DNA of 64,000 bases, taken from the NCBI GenBank assembly GCA_030248215.1, contig JASANG010003582.1, forward strand, positions 1 to 64,000. Direction: 5' to 3'. The stretch is from Enoplolaimus lenunculus (Eukaryota). The notes under the pieces were generated by a model. It made no database searches. It was not told the DNA's origin and saw nothing but the letters and a program-made list of their open reading frames with translations. Within the stretch, counting starts at the first letter, position 1. Every line of letters starts with the position of its first letter. The position numbers and the translations under genes are program-made. Of the stretch, positions 63,061-64,000 are shown piece after piece.

Positions 63061-63303
63061 GTTTTTTTCCGTTTTCCCTACTAGCCCGCGTTTGCTCAAA
63101 AACCGTTGCTTTTGAAAACTTTGCATATATTCATGATCTCCGTTGATCATTTCACCCCTAAATTTGAATTTTTGAAAAATACAATTGACCCTGAAACGTT
63201 TTTAGGTGTGAAAGGATAAAGGGAGGTCGAGAAGATCAAATATTCAAAATTTTTAAATCGATTCATTTTGGGCAAACGCGGGCTGGGGGATAACGGAAAA
63301 AAC
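63061..63303. mobile_element. Fold-back MITE
   Basis: gtttttttccgtt..ctagcccgcgtttgctcaaaa / ttttgggcaaacgcgggctgg..aacggaaaaaac. Confidence 0.7.
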
Positions 63304-64000
63304 CGTCTCATTGCCATAAGTGCATTGCCAATTTTAGTGCATTATTTTTGTTTTTTCTCGTTTTTCGTATATTTAGTGAAATCAAACAATTTGGCTTGGT
63401 TTGCTTGTTGCGTATTTGGAATTGCGATGTAAATTTATGGGGAACAAATTCAGCATTTTTGTACATATATATAACGCGGCAACCATTATTTCATTTCGAG
63501 ATGGTACAAACTCAGTTTAACTTATCACTTTCAAACCTTTAGGACTCTGGTTCCGCAATTGTACGACAAACACATAGTTTCGCTGAAAAATTTGCCGTGG
63601 TCAAAATACAGTCTTCACAGACTGTTCAGTGTGTTAACTCTCGTGAATTTTAGTGCATTGCCAGTTTTTAGTGCATTATATATACCCATGTGACTTTTTC
63701 TTTCTTTACCAATGTATATATTATACGTGTTATACATATATATCTAGGTTTCCAACAAAGGCTAAACTTGTAACGAAAACAGGAACAGGAATTTCATGTT
63801 TGCTAGGGCCAGGACAAAAACAGAATTTGAATTTGAAATGAACTTTTATCATCAAATTGTTCACTATTATAAAAAATTAGTTAAACAATGCCTTAAGCGT
63901 ATTTTCACCTTATTCATAAAGCACATCAGGTTTTATTGAGCTAGGAAAATTTGCCAACACACTAACAAATTTTCGATCATTAAAGACGCAATATCGCAAA

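Overview
AT-rich, repeat-dense eukaryotic (metazoan, probably invertebrate) DNA with GT-AG introns; the organism cannot be fixed from sequence alone. From ~3.4 to ~36 kb every credible gene is on the minus strand. Reading right to left they are: a small C2H2-type ORF; a multi-exon gene ending in a PR-Set7/SETD8-like SET domain; a Ulp1-like (C48) cysteine protease exon; a spliced, large DDE transposase-like gene with Zator-type motifs; and an intronless fusion of a divergent NADAR-like domain to an SGNH hydrolase. This co-oriented set of a transposase plus chromatin/modification enzymes is the best candidate for an undescribed large cargo-carrying mobile element, but I could not identify its termini. 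A rearranged Penelope-like retroelement sits at ~31.6-33.35 kb. The right half holds a 180-bp satellite (~15 units, 4-unit higher-order period, one frame stop-free for 2.6 kb), many MITEs (hAT-like CAGGG with 8-bp TSD, CACTG-type, a GGCC-ended family carrying TTAGGC runs), a DINE-1/HINE-like element, and the first exons of a plus-strand Ser-rich gene whose intron contains a 993-bp composite tandem repeat. All family assignments come from motif recognition by eye, not database searches.
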